64,000 nucleotides of DNA. Source: Octopus vulgaris. Lineage: Eukaryota. This document shows positions 11,928 to 24,453 of the stretch, in pieces. The DNA is taken from positions 3,286,001-3,350,000 of the forward strand of contig OX597827.1 of assembly GCA_951406725.2 (NCBI GenBank), read 5' to 3'. A program made the position numbers and the translations under genes. Position 1 is the first letter of the stretch. The number at the start of each line of letters is the position of its first letter. The notes under the pieces are model-generated. The model had not been told where the DNA came from, made no database searches, and worked only from the letters and a program-made list of their open reading frames with translations.

Positions 11928-12104
11928 GTGGTGTTTTTTATGTGCCACCAGTATGGGTGTCAGTCAAGCAGTACTGGCATCGGCCACAACAACATTTTCA
12001 CTTGACGCAATAGGTCTTCTCAAGCAAAACATATTGCCCAACAATTGAAGGGTACTCTTAAAGGGGCCACTTATGTGACACTGGAAAATGCCATGGATAT
12101 GATC

Positions 12105-12366
12105 TCACTTGGCTTGCCAGGTCTTCTCATACACAACATATCTGCAAAGGTCTCGGTCGCTTGCCATTGCCTCTGTGAGGCCCAGCGTTCGATGTTCAAG
12201 CTTCACCCCCTCATCCCAGGTCTTCATGGGTTTACCTCCTTCACAAGTTCCCGCCACTGTTAGTATGTGACACTTCTTCACACAGCTGTTCTCATCCATA
12301 CGTAACACATGATCATACCAGTTCAGTCATCTCTCTTGCACACCACATTTGATGCTTCTTATGCCA
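12105..12366 (-). mobile_element. RTE-type LINE, C-terminal ORF remnant
   Basis: ...WYDH(V)LRMDENSCVKKCHILTVAGTCEGGKPMKTWDEGVK... resembles the RTE RLRWYGHVLR...GRPRKTW C-terminal motif. Confidence 0.8.
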
Positions 12367-12378
12367 TATATATATATA

Positions 12379-12420
<42 letters not shown>

Positions 12421-12606
12421 TATGACAGGCTTTTTTCAGCTTCAGTCTACCAAATCCACTCACGAGGCTTTGGTCGGCATGAGGCTATAGTAGAAGACAC
12501 TTGCACAAGGTGCCATGCAGTGGAACTGAACCCAGAACCATGTAGTTCGTAAGCAAGCTATTTACCACACAGCAACTCCTACACCTATATATATAAATAC
12601 ATATAC

Positions 12607-12638
<32 letters not shown>

Positions 12639-12881
12639 ACATATATGTATATGTATATGTGTATACATGTTGGGATGTAGTTATATAGGGGTATATATAT
12701 GTATATATCTTGGTTTGTCATTTCAAACTCCTACATTTCTTTCCAACGTTATCTGAATTAACATGAAAAATACTTTTACGATAGCGTTTAATGGCTTTTT
12801 GTTGCACAATTTTTTCCTCTACAGCTTTTGTGCACCGTTTTTCAAATTTGAACAAATTTTACCACTTTAATACATTTGATG

Positions 12882-13113
12882 ATGGAGTGCCAAAGAGAGG
12901 AAAATGAGGATTATCAACACCTGCTTTTTCTTCTGTTCATTCATGGTTCCAAAGCTGCTGAAAGCATTTAAGATATTTACACTGTGTAAGGAGAAGAAGC
13001 TAATACTGAATGAACCACACGGAAACAGTTTTCACACTTCAAGGAGGAGAAAATCAACCTCACACACTCTCTGCACTCCAGCAAGCTGGTTCCTTTCAAT
13101 GAAGACCAATTGA
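12882..13113 (+). mobile_element. Decayed mariner transposase N-terminus (HTH region); a related 5' stub lies at ~21600
   Basis: MECQREENEDYQHLLFLLFIHGSKAAESI*DIYTV*GEEANTE*TTRKQFSHFKEEKINL resembles the mariner KAAEA.R.I..VYGE...ERT...WF..FK.G.FDL pattern. Confidence 0.8.
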
Positions 13114-15027
13114 ACTAGCACATCCATGTGGGGTTCTATTTTATTATAGGCTGGTGATTGCATAGAGCATGTGTTACATTGGTTGTGTTATATAACTGTG
13201 TAGAAATATTTGTAAAATATTTGATTTGTAGAATTTTCAATGCTGTTTGAGCATGGATACTCTGGGCTCCCTAATGGTCCTCACATGTTAAGGGCCCCAT
13301 GCCAATCTATGCTTCTTGTGGATTACTCTCAACCAAGATTTATAATAGACCCCAGTGCTTGCCTTGCCTGAGGACTGGATCTATAATACTGTTAGGACAT
13401 CCCCAGCCTATGGGATGTGTTAAATTAAAAGTTTATCAGGTATTGATTATTATTCATCATCATCATTGTTTAACGTCCGTTTTCCATGCTAGCATGGGTT
13501 GGATGATTCGACCGGGTTCTGGGAAGCCGGAAGGCTGCACCAGGCTCCAGTCTGATCTGGCAGTGTTTCTACAGCTGGATGCCCTTCCTAACGCCAACCA
13601 CTCCGTGCCAGCGGCACAGGGGCCAGGCGAGGCTGGCAACGGCCATGATCGGTTGGTGCTTTTTACGTGTCACCGGCACAGAAGCCAGTCAGGGCAAAGT
13701 ATATTTATTGTGTTATTATATAAAGCAGAAGAGTTGACTGTTTATAATATGTGGTAATTAGGTGGATTTATTTTAAGGGGCAATGATGATGTGGAACGTA
13801 ATTTCCCAAACACAAAGTAATTAACCCAAGATAACAAATAAATTCGTTTGGCTGAAGCAATATCAATAGGGCAGTGAGGAGAGACTGTCTTCCCATGCCG
13901 CCCACTTCTTTGACCTGAGGTAAGTCTTTATACTTCACAAAATAAGAGCAGTTGCTAAGCAGAGTAAAAGAGGCCCACACAATCTTTAAAGATGATGATG
14001 CTGTCACTGAGGATGATGATGATGACAACAATGTTAATTAAGGGGTTTTTAATTTTAAGGTGGTAACCAGGCAGAGTCATCAGCAAATCAGTCAAAATGT
14101 TTTGTGTCATTTCATTTGACCCTTTATATTCTGATCTCAAATCTCGCCAATGTTAACAATGCCTTTCACACTTTTGTGTTGTCTTTCATCCTTTTGGAGT
14201 CAAAGTATCGGTCAAGTATTAGGGTCAACGTAATTAACTTGCCCACCTCCTTTTCAAATCTGCTGACCTTGCACCAAAATTACAAAGAATTATTTATTAA
14301 ATATCATATTTTAATTTTTATTTTTCTGAAATAAAAATTATGGAAAACTTAAACACAAAATTTATGCGAAATTATTTGGACAAAATTTTAATCAAAATTT
14401 TAAAATTTTAAACAATTGAAATTTTAAAATCAATACCTTGATTAAAAACCTTATAATTTTTTTAAATAATCTTTGTTTCATCCAGAGCTTAATTTTTATA
14501 CGATTTTAAATCTAGCTTTGAGCTTCAATCATTATCAACCACAAAATGATTCATTAAGTAATTTTCTTAATTATAGAATAATTTTGATTTGCTATGCCTT
14601 AGTAATCTTTTAGGAAAGGTGTTGAAACAAATATTGAAAGTTCAGTTGGTACAAAATTTTAAAATATTTCAGAACTACAGGCATTAAAGAACATGAAAAT
14701 ATGAAGAATTAATAACAATAGCACAATATGACTAATTAGTAAGGAAAAAAGTTAATTAATTCAACTTGTGTATGACAGATATGTTTTTCTTGCTATTGGT
14801 ATTTAAACCCAGCTCAAATTCAATGTAACTGAGATTCGACAAAAAGCACAATAGTGTACCTTAAGCTACATGTTCAAATGTATCCAATTGTGTTTTTAAG
14901 ACAGCAGGGTGTGAATTAAGATTTGACTTATTACTAGAGCAGGCGTGAACAGCCTTTTTCAAGATGCAGGCCATATGATACATGATTCATCAACAGATGG
15001 GTCATACTGCTAAAAATATTCAGTGAT

Positions 15028-15241
15028 AAGGCAGCGAGCTGGCCGAAATGGTAGCACGCCTGGTGAAATGCTTAGTGGTATTTCAATTGCCGTTATGTTC
15101 TGAGTTCAAAATCCGCCGAGGTCAACTTTGTCTTTCATCCTTTCAGAGTCGATAAATTAAGTACCAGTTATGTACTGGGGTCGATCTAATCGACTGGCCC
15201 CTTCCCCCAAAATTTCGGGCCTTGTGCCTAGTGTAGAAAAG
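15028..15241 (+). mobile_element. SINE B with 16-bp TSD
   Basis: AAAAATATTCAGTGAT at 15012-15027 and 15242-15257. Confidence 0.9.
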
Positions 15242-15764
15242 AAAAATATTCAGTGATTTCTCATTAGGTATGCCATTGAGAAAGTTCCATGGGTTGCAGG
15301 TTCAGCCAGATTGATAGAGAAGTTTCCTTGTTGGTTCATGAAACAATAGAGAACCTCCCTTGATCACTTGTACTAGTATTTACTTTGTCCTGTCAAATTG
15401 AAGTTTGGGTCTTAACTATAATCAATATGAGGGTCAACTAATTATTGTAAGTTACGTAATTGTAATTGCTGTTTTCAGTCATTGGACTGCGACCGTGCTG
15501 GAGCTTAGCCAATGAAATAGAATCAAGCCAGGATTTCTATTTTACAAAGATTGATAGAATATATTCTATTGTTCTGTTTTTAGTGAAACACATTTTGCTA
15601 AAGTTATGGGGACATCAATAAATGAACACCAGTTGTCAAGTGGCGAATGACAAATATAAACACACACACATATACACACACACACACATATACACAATGG
15701 GCTTCAACACAATCTCTTTCAATCAAATTTTTTCACAAAGTACTGGTCAGACCAGTGGTATACA

Positions 15765-15930
15765 CGAGTGTAGCTAAGGTATGTGCCACCCAGGGTGGCT
15801 CTTCTGTTTGCTGCCTCTGGACCCTACAAAAAAACACATATTGCCTACAGCAGACCCAAAAGTGGTGCCACTTTAAAAATGCCACCTGGGGTGGGTCACC
15901 CCTTCCAACCCCACCTAGCTATGCAAGTGG
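15765..15930. mobile_element. Small TIR element (hAT-like MITE); an inverted relative lies at 31724-31860
   Basis: Ends AGTGTAGCTAAG.../...CTAGCTATGCAAGTG. Internal GTGCCACCC...AAAAGTGGTGCC...GCCACCTGGGG is shared with the second copy. Confidence 0.55.
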
Positions 15931-15974
15931 TGCTATAGCAGAAGACATACACCCAAGGTGCATGTGCATATGTA

Positions 15975-16124
15975 TATATAAATTAGAAAAAATCCACCTT
16001 TTATCAATTCAAAATGAAAAATTAAATTACACCATCTAGAAAATTACATATAATAGAATTATATAATATAATATAATTCATTTTGAATTAATAAAAGGTG
16101 GGTTTTTTTTCTAATTTATATATA
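15975..16124. repeat. Inverted repeat, ~45-bp arms, flanked by TA runs
   Basis: TATATAAATTAGAAAAAATCCACCTTTTATCAATTCAAAATGAA vs TTCATTTTGAATTAATAAAAGGTGGGTTTTTTTTCTAATTTATATA. Confidence 0.85.
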
Positions 16125-18349
16125 TTATATTTTGTGAAATTTGATTTAGTATTTCTAAATTGAATTTTTCCCTGACCCTGACAGCTATACCGGTAGTGTA
16201 CAGGTTCCTGGTAGAACCTTCCATGATGGACAGATCATAGGATATAAGCCAGACTATTTTAGCCCACCTCTTTCTAGAGGTAAAAATGGGTTTGCTTAGG
16301 GCCAATATTTCTACATAGAAAAAGACCATATTATGAAAGCATTGATGACAATTCAAAACGAACAAGCTCTGGGAGAGAAAAGACAGCTCAGTGTTGAGAA
16401 CAGTGGGAAAAATTCATTGATGGGCTATGTGCCAGAGGCACATAAATAAAGGGAGTCTAGCTAGAGATAATCAAACACATCATAGATAGAATACCTATTG
16501 GTGATTATCATTCATCCATACAAATCATTGATGTGTGTGTGTGTGGTTGGGGTTACGAAGAGCACCCAGCCATAGAAACCATGCTAGGACAGATAATGGA
16601 GGCTGGTGAGGTCCCTGGCCTAACCAGCTCCAGTCTAACCAGCCAACTCATGCCAGCATGGAAAATGGACATTAAATGAGAATGATGAGCATGATGATGA
16701 TGATGATAAACAACAGGGTATTGGGGTTTGTACATATGTATGTATGTATGTATGTGTGTGTATGTATGTATGTATGTATGTATGTATGCAGGTGACAAGC
16801 AGTGTCTTTCATTTCAAATCTTCTGTGGAAACAGGTGAGGGTTGGTGAGAAGAAGGGCATCTGGTCATAGAAAATCTGCCTCAGCCAATTCCATCCAACC
16901 CATGCTAGCATGGATAAGTGGACGTTAAAATGACAATGATGTTGATGACAACACACACCTAAACACCAGGGACACACAAACACACACACACACACACACA
17001 TATATAAAGTGGACATTAGATTTTCCAGTTGTTCTATGGCCTTAAAAGTTTGGCCATAACTGTAAGACATAATTTATGAGTCTACATATAATAATCAATT
17101 GGAATATGTATTTAATAAAGGGCTGATGAATAACGAATGCTCACTGAAAAGGGCCTTCCATAACAAAGCTTAACAACTAACAGATTCTCATGTATAATGT
17201 AGTCCATCCTGTTTCCAGCATAGCAACCAAACAGATCGATATATACATGTTTGCCTTGCTGACTCAAACCTTAGATCCTTATTTCAAGGTTATCAGCTTT
17301 ACCTATATGCAGTTATTGCAGCATGGTGGGCTGTGTGTTTTCTTTCAAATGCTGCATGGCTAATAGGTCTCTTGGGTGGTGGTGGTCAGAAGTGGAAATT
17401 CTGATGATGATGATGACAATGGTGATGTTGACATTGGTGATGATATTGTTGTTATTGTAGATGTGATGTTGTTGATGGATGTTGCTGTTATTGTTGTGGT
17501 GGTGATGGTGGCGGTAATCAAGATAAATAGAATTTTAAAACCAGACTTTGAGCCTCCAGTTTTAAAACTGCTACATTGCACATTGCATTGCATGTCTGGA
17601 GGGAATGCATGAGTGTGCAGGTAGCTTATCTGCTTCATGCAAATGCAGCAGCGAAATGGAATGATTATAACAGTCAGTTAGAGGATGTTGTGTGTGTGTG
17701 TGTGTGTGTGTGGTATGTGGATTGTGGGTGGGGGTGCCTCACAACATTGTAGTTCGCTGATGTTTGAATTGCATTTTATGCATTTAGGAAGCAGCTGCAA
17801 GCCTGCAACACAAATGCTGTTTCAACATAATATGTGCAGCTACAAGGACAATAGCAGCACCATCAGCAGCAGCAACAACAACAGCAAAGCAGAAGAGGTT
17901 GTAGGCATTCTATTTGTGGTTCCCATTTTAGAAACAGGAGGAAAATATTTGGAAGGGATTTTCGTGTTATATTGTACAGATCAAGAAACTCTGTAGAATG
18001 TCCTTTATATCTTTCCCTGCAACATCAAGGAAGACACTACATGGTTACTTGATTTACTAGATATAATAGCTAAATAGCCTTCAGATTACATTCTACTTTT
18101 ATCTTTCATTTGTTTCAGTTATATGACTCTGGCCATGCTGGGACACCACCCTAAAGGGTTTTAATTGAACAAATTGACCCCAGGACTTACCTTTTTTAAA
18201 GCCTACTACTTATTCTGTCGGTCTCTTTTGCTGAACAACTAATTTATGGGGGACAAAAACTCACCAACACTCATTGTCAATTGTGGTGGGGGACAAACAC
18301 ACACACAAAAATACATACACAAAAAATATGCATACATATATATATATAT

Positions 18350-18700
18350 ATATGTATCAAATGAAATAAATGAAAAACAGGACACAAAGGATGTTGCGGT
18401 ACATATGTTTTGGGTTTATAGAACAACTTATTCTTACATCAATACATAATTAATATAATAGATAGATCAACAACCTTCTTCAGCCGCATACAATTGCTAA
18501 ACCAAAGACTTGTATCACATTATAAAAAGTTTGAGAAAAAACCGAGTTTCATTGGGAAAGTATGTTTGTAAATCTTCATAGGCGTACATGATATTATTAG
18601 ACTCCAATCAAATCGTCCATACCGTCTTTTCATTCGATATAGAATGAATACTGGGTAGATTACTTCATATATTACTTCATTTATTTCATTTGATACATAT
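18350..18700 (-). mobile_element. HHR-bearing element with 25-bp perfect inverted termini, inserted in the internal (TA)n of a SINE A (18100-18960)
   Basis: ATATGTATCAAATGAAATAAATGAA (18350-18374) is the exact reverse complement of 18676-18700. Confidence 0.8.
18395..18488 (-). ncRNA. Minimal type I hammerhead motif with long loop 2 (GAAA reads AAAA)
   Basis: UGCGG CUGAAGA AGGUU-[~55 nt]-AACCC AAAA CAUAUG UA CCGCA. 5-bp stem I, palindromic stem III ACAUAUGU. Confidence 0.65.
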
Positions 18701-19898
18701 ATCCTATCACCTATGCCACTAGCTGGCATATACAGGTGCTTACATTTATCAAGTATTCACCCTGAATTTATTGTACCTAACTATATATACATATATATGT
18801 ATATATATGGCAGGCTGCTTTCAACTTCCATCCACCAAATCCACACATAAGGCTTTGGTTGGCCCAAGACTATAGTAGAAGGCACTTGCCCGAGGTGCCA
18901 CACAATGGGACTGAACCCAGAACTATGTGGTTAGGAAGCAAGGGTCTTACCACAGATTTACACATGCACTTTTTTTCTTAAATTTGAATGAAATAGTCTT
19001 AGATATGTGAAGAGATATGACCTGGTGTGCTGCACTCACAATCACACAGCTCAGCAGTTTGAGCTGTCTTCTGCTAAAGCCCTAGGTCATAGTGCACTGA
19101 ATTTGATAGATGGAAACAGCATAGATGATCATTTGTGTTTATGCTTGTCTTTGCTGTTAATGCTTGTCTCCCACCATCATGTGACAACCTGTGTTGGTTT
19201 GTTTACATCATGTAACTTAGCAGTTTTGCAAAAGACATTAACAGGATACCAGACTTAAAATATACTGGGGTCAATTTGTTCAACTACACATTCAAGTTGG
19301 TACCCAGTATGGCCAGTCTGAAACAAGTAATCTATAAAAAGGTAACACTGAGGATGACCCTACATGATTGCCAGCATTTAGTTCTTGTTTTGTAGCTGTT
19401 GTTCTACCCCATAATTTATGATTGCGATTGGGTAAATGGACAGATGCAGAATTAAAAGTTTGCATTGTAGAACACATTATTTAACTGTAAGGAGGTTCAT
19501 TAGGAGTGATGACAGTGATTATGACCCTTCACATCACCATCATCCTCATCATCAACCCCTGGACATTACTGCCCCAAGTACTAGGAATCATAAGGCCAGT
19601 TACTCATTTTTCATTGGGTATAAGTGACCAAGATCACAGCATTTTCTGTGAATGGGACACGTTCTGAATTTACAGCTGCGTGGACTGAAGCAACATAAAT
19701 TGAAGTATTTTGCTCAAGAACAGAATGCACTACCTGGTCCAGGAATTGAAACTATGATCTTGTAATTGTTAGAACAACACCCTAACCACTAGGCCATGTG
19801 TCTTTGGTTCACTTACCACTAAAACCAGTGGAGAGAGAAAGATCCCTTCAAACCAGAGACCTAGCTTTAACATTTGCAACAGAAAGACCCTGCTAAAG

Positions 19899-20154
19899 GT
19901 ACACAAGGAATCAAGTACCCAATGGACCAGGTACCCAATGAACTAGCTGTCCAAGGAACCAGATGCAGAAGAAACCAGAAACCCAAGGAACTAGGTACCC
20001 ATGGCACCAGGTATCCAAGGAACCAGGATCCCAAGGAATCAGGTACCCATGAAACCAGGTACCAAGGAACCAGCTAGCCAAGGAACCAGGTACCCATGGG
20101 ACCAGGTACCCAAAAAACCAGGAACCCATGGAGCCAGGTATCCAAGGAACCAGG
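19899..20154 (+). repeat. Minisatellite, ~15-16 degenerate copies of 16-bp ACCCAAGGAACCAGGT
   Basis: Consecutive units such as ACCCAAGGAACTAGGT ACCCATGGCACCAGGT ATCCAAGGAACCAGGA. Confidence 0.92.
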
Positions 20155-20962
20155 AGGTGGTGTTAAACCAAGTAGTAGGTGCAGGCATGGCAGTGTAATA
20201 AGAAATTTGCTTCCCAACCACTTGGTTTCAGGTTCAATTCCACTGCATGACACCTTCAGCAAGTGTCTTCTGCTTACTATAACCCCAAGCTAACTAAAGC
20301 CTTGTGAGTGGATTTAATAGATGGAAACTGAAGGAAGCATGTTGTATATATCTATGTATGTGTGTGTGTCTTTATGTTTGTGTGTGTTCCCTCCATCACA
20401 ACACTTGACAACCAGTGTAAGTTTGTTTACATCCCTGTGACTTGGTGGATCAGCAAAAGTTACCAATAGAATAAGTAATGTGCTTTAAAAAAATGTATTG
20501 AGGTTGATTCATTCAACTAAAATCCTTCAAGGTGGTACTCCAGCATGGCTACATTCCCATGACAAATGAAAATAGAATAGATTAAGTCAATCTCTCAAGA
20601 ATCCCATGGTGGGATTTGAACACAGAGTGCAAATAACAGGAATAAATACAGCAAACATCCTGTCAGATTCTTTGAGTAAACCTTTCAGCTTCAAAGATTC
20701 TTCAGAAGATCTTGAACTTCTCTTCCACCCAACAAAGTAATAAATTATTTATTTACATTATTTACATTTGATGGATATTTGTCCTCATCTTGTTTGTTAT
20801 TAACACAACATTTTGGCTGATATACCCTGCAGCTTTCATCAGATGTCTTGGGGAAATTTCAAACCTGGGTTCTCATTCCTAAGGTATTTTTCAATGTTAT
20901 TATTATTATTATTATTACTATTATCATTTAGGTCACTGCCTGGAATCGAACTCGGTATCTTG

Positions 20963-21263
20963 GGGCATATGGTGTAGTGGTTAAGAGCGTGGGCTACTAA
21001 CCCCAAGATTCTGAGTTCGATTCCAGGTAGTGACCTAAATGATGATGATGATAATAATAATAATAATGATGATAACAACAACAACAATAACATCAAAAAC
21101 ACCTTAGGAATGAGAACCCAGGTTCGAAATTTCCCCAGGACACCTGATGAAGGCTGGAGAGTATATCAGCCAAAACGTTGTGTTAACAACAAACAAGATG
21201 ACGACAGATATTCATCAACTATAAATAATGTAAATAATTCCTCATCTCTTAAATATAGAACTG
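20963..21263 (+). mobile_element. tRNA-headed SINE-like element with downstream hammerhead motif, preceded by an inverted 5'-truncated copy (20749-20965)
   Basis: A box TGGTGTAGTGG (20970-20980), anticodon-like arm TGGG-CTACTAA-CCC, B box GAGTTCGATTCC (21013-21024), (GAT/AAT/AAC)n spacer, HHR at 21139-21184. 20749-20965 is the reverse complement of 21001-21237. Confidence 0.8.
21139..21184 (+). ncRNA. Minimal type I hammerhead motif (GAAA reads AAAA); mirror copy at ~20802-20847(-)
   Basis: GACAC CUGAUGA A GGCUG-GAGAGUAUAU-CAGCC AAAA CG UU GUGUU; stem III palindrome AACGUU. Confidence 0.7.
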
Positions 21264-24044
21264 AATAAATGAGTTGTTCCACTTCACAAAGTTTTAGTGC
21301 TTACCGTTTACACACAGACCTTCACTATTATTTCTTGGAATCTATCTGTTCACTTTGGCATTGCAAAATTAAGAGTTCTTCTTGAATACACTGGGTTGTC
21401 AGTTAAATCCATTCATTCTTTTCTTTTCTTTTCTTTTTGCATCTATTTTAATCCTTTTCAATGTTGTTTGAATTAACGCAAAAAATATTTTTATCAGTCT
21501 TATATTCTTTACTCTTCCAGCTCAATTCTTACTTGAAATTTTTTTTTTTTTTGCCATTTTTGCAATTTGAATAAATTTTATTTCTTTTCAAACTTATGAC
21601 AATGGAGTGCCAGGTGAAAAAAAAAAAGAAAAGAGAAAATAACTAAAAACAAATACATGGATTTATCTGACAACTGAATATAATCAAATGCCTGCAAGTA
21701 GTAAAACAGTAGTCATCAGCACATCAGGCAACAGTCTTTGCATCATTCGTTCTGACTTCTTGTGTTCTAAGATCAAATTCCACCAAGGCTGTTGGCATCT
21801 ACCATCTTTCTAAGGTTGAAAAGTAAAGTGTGAGACTAAGATAGTGGACAGGTGTAATTGTCAGACCATCAGATGGGATGTGGTATTTATTGAGACCCTT
21901 TATTATTTGAGTTCAAATCCTACTGTGTCCTGCTCCATAACTCAGTGATAGATTAATGACTGCAACCCTAACCCTTAATGACCACAACCTGGTCATCAAT
22001 CCACCATTCGGTGATGAATTAAGGACCACTTGGGTATTAGATTTAATCCACCACTCAATGACAGATTAAGGACCACACCTGGTCATTACGAACATCACTC
22101 AGTGACAGATAAAGGACCATCTTTCTGGTACTTGGGTGCCAATCTACTGCAGACATTCAGGCTTGGTTTCCAGTGTGAGGAAACCTTCCGCCCTCCTACT
22201 TATTTCAAGGGTCCAGTAAAGGAACATGGGTTTTATCTTTCCTAAGCAATAAAAAAATTAAGACCAATTAATTAGAAGTCCAATATCACTTATATAGAGC
22301 ATGAGATACACACACACACACACATATACTCTGATAGAGCTAGTTGTTGTAGACTGATGATTCAATGGAGAGGAGTCCAAAGTCTGCAAGACAGCTGCTC
22401 AATCCAGAGAGGGGTGGTGCACTCCAGCTTGCTAACAGAAATTTGTCCATATATTTGCTTTTGCTGAAAGATTCTGATCTAGAATGCAGCAGTGAGGTAG
22501 GATTCTTAGATCTGAAAAGAATATGTGATTTTTCAGCTATGCATTAGTTGCATTTCTTAGATCCATTCACACCACATACAATCAAGTGGAGAATCGTAGA
22601 GAAATTCATGCCACATGTTTTATCAATACCACTCAAATATTCGAGACCAAAGCGGTTTCCCTTTGATATGCTCTGTTATAACTTACAAAAATCCCCTGGA
22701 ACCAACCCCACAAAATATATACATTAAGCAAAGATAGGAGATGTAAAAAGATACCTGACTCTTCAACCTACATCAGGATTAATGCCTACAAATATTAGTT
22801 CAGAATTTTGGCATAGGCCAGCAATTTTAGGGGAGGGAGTATGCTGATTACATCAACTGGTACCTATTTTATAAACCCCAAACAGATGAAAGGAACTCTG
22901 ACCTCAGCAGAATTTGAACTCAGAATGTAAAGAGCTGGAAGAAATGCCACTAAGCATTTTGTGGCAACTCCCCACCTTCAAATGATACCTCACAAACACT
23001 CTACATCTGTGTATTTTTCCTACTGATAATGCCAACCATGTCTGAAGGTTTGAATTTATGGCTAACACTTCATCACTTGGCCAATCAATGACACTTTCAT
23101 GACAAAATTCTTTTTCATCGGGGAACACCTGAGACTACATACAGCAGCAACCAACACCACTACAACAACAAACTAGAATGGGATATAATGATGAAATTAT
23201 CATTGATTAGAGGAGGCAATTAAGCCAGACATAGCTTGAACCAATATTTGCTAACATTAAGATGATAATTAGAAATAATAATGGGGTGAAGAAAAGACAA
23301 TATTTAGTTAATGGCTAACATACTTTTAATTATTCTGTTTGTCATAATATATTTTTGAATTTTACACTCTACAAGCTAAACTATGGAACACAACCAAAGA
23401 CCTAATCAAAATATTTAATACAATGAAACAATGTTATGACAAACCAGAAATTTATGCCTAAATATAGAAATAAGACCATTTATAAAATATTTAATTTCTA
23501 CTAGTCCCTGCTAAGAACACAGCAGCAAATATGTTTCAGTCTTATTAGAACTCTTCAATATAACAGATTTCACCATATTCACTGAAACAGTGATGAAACT
23601 CAATAGAGTATTGCATACTTGTTGGTATAACAAATTAATCAGAGATTATTTAAATACAAATAAGCTATTGAAAATCTCTTGCAACATAAACATATATGAG
23701 TTCGGTTAATAGCAACAACATACCTGGTGTTCCCTTGAGCCCAGTTAGTACAAGGGAAATAATCATATCTCCATGATATTTGACAGGATTACAAGTTTGA
23801 ATTTCAAATTAAGGAACAAGGAAGAAAATGCACAGAAGATATGCGTTTAATTTGTTTTCTTATTTATAATGTCTCAAAACTTTTTAGTCTTAGATAATGA
23901 TGTATAGCACCATTTCATTCTTATTAGAAATTATCAGCATGATATAATCTGTAGTATATAAATTAAACTAAACTAAAGATTTCTTTTAAATGGAAAATAA
24001 TAGCTATATATGTAAAGTCAGTCACCACATCAAAGTGGTTGTTC

Positions 24045-24362
24045 CATATTACTACCAGTGGATCTTTCAGACATCGCTTCTGTGACCACCAGTCATCCTT
24101 CAGAGTCTGAGAAATACATTTTGTCACATCCCTGGCCAGCCATGTGTGGTACCTCAAAGATCAAGGAACCCCATATGATATCAGGTGGAAAATAATAGAT
24201 CATCCAGGCCTGTAGATTAACAGTTGTGACGGTTGCAAAACCTACATTGCGGAGTGAACCAAAATTCTTAAGGACTCTGCTAAACCTGGTGCCTTGAATA
24301 GTCGTAAGGAAGTTTTCTCTAAATGTGAACATTTCAAATGCTACCTGCTGGAAAACTGGATA
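24045..24362 (+). mobile_element. Decayed Penelope-like element, C-terminal GIY-YIG endonuclease region
   Basis: One frame with 3 stops: GSFRHRFCDHQSSFRV*EIHFVTSLASHVWYLKDQGTPYDIRWKII...CDGCKTYIAE*TKIL...ALNSRKEVFSKCEHFKCYLLENW. Resembles the PLE FK.R..NH..SF...T.LS..IW.LK....Y.I.W.I...LN.R.E..S.CRH pattern and ends just before (TA)n. Confidence 0.75.
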
Positions 24363-24381
24363 TACCCGTTTGCTAGTTTGG

Positions 24382-24453
<72 letters not shown>

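Noticed and set aside
20963-21035. Functional tRNA gene
   Set aside because: Acceptor and T stems pair poorly, there is no oligo-T terminator, and it continues into the element body; it is a SINE head
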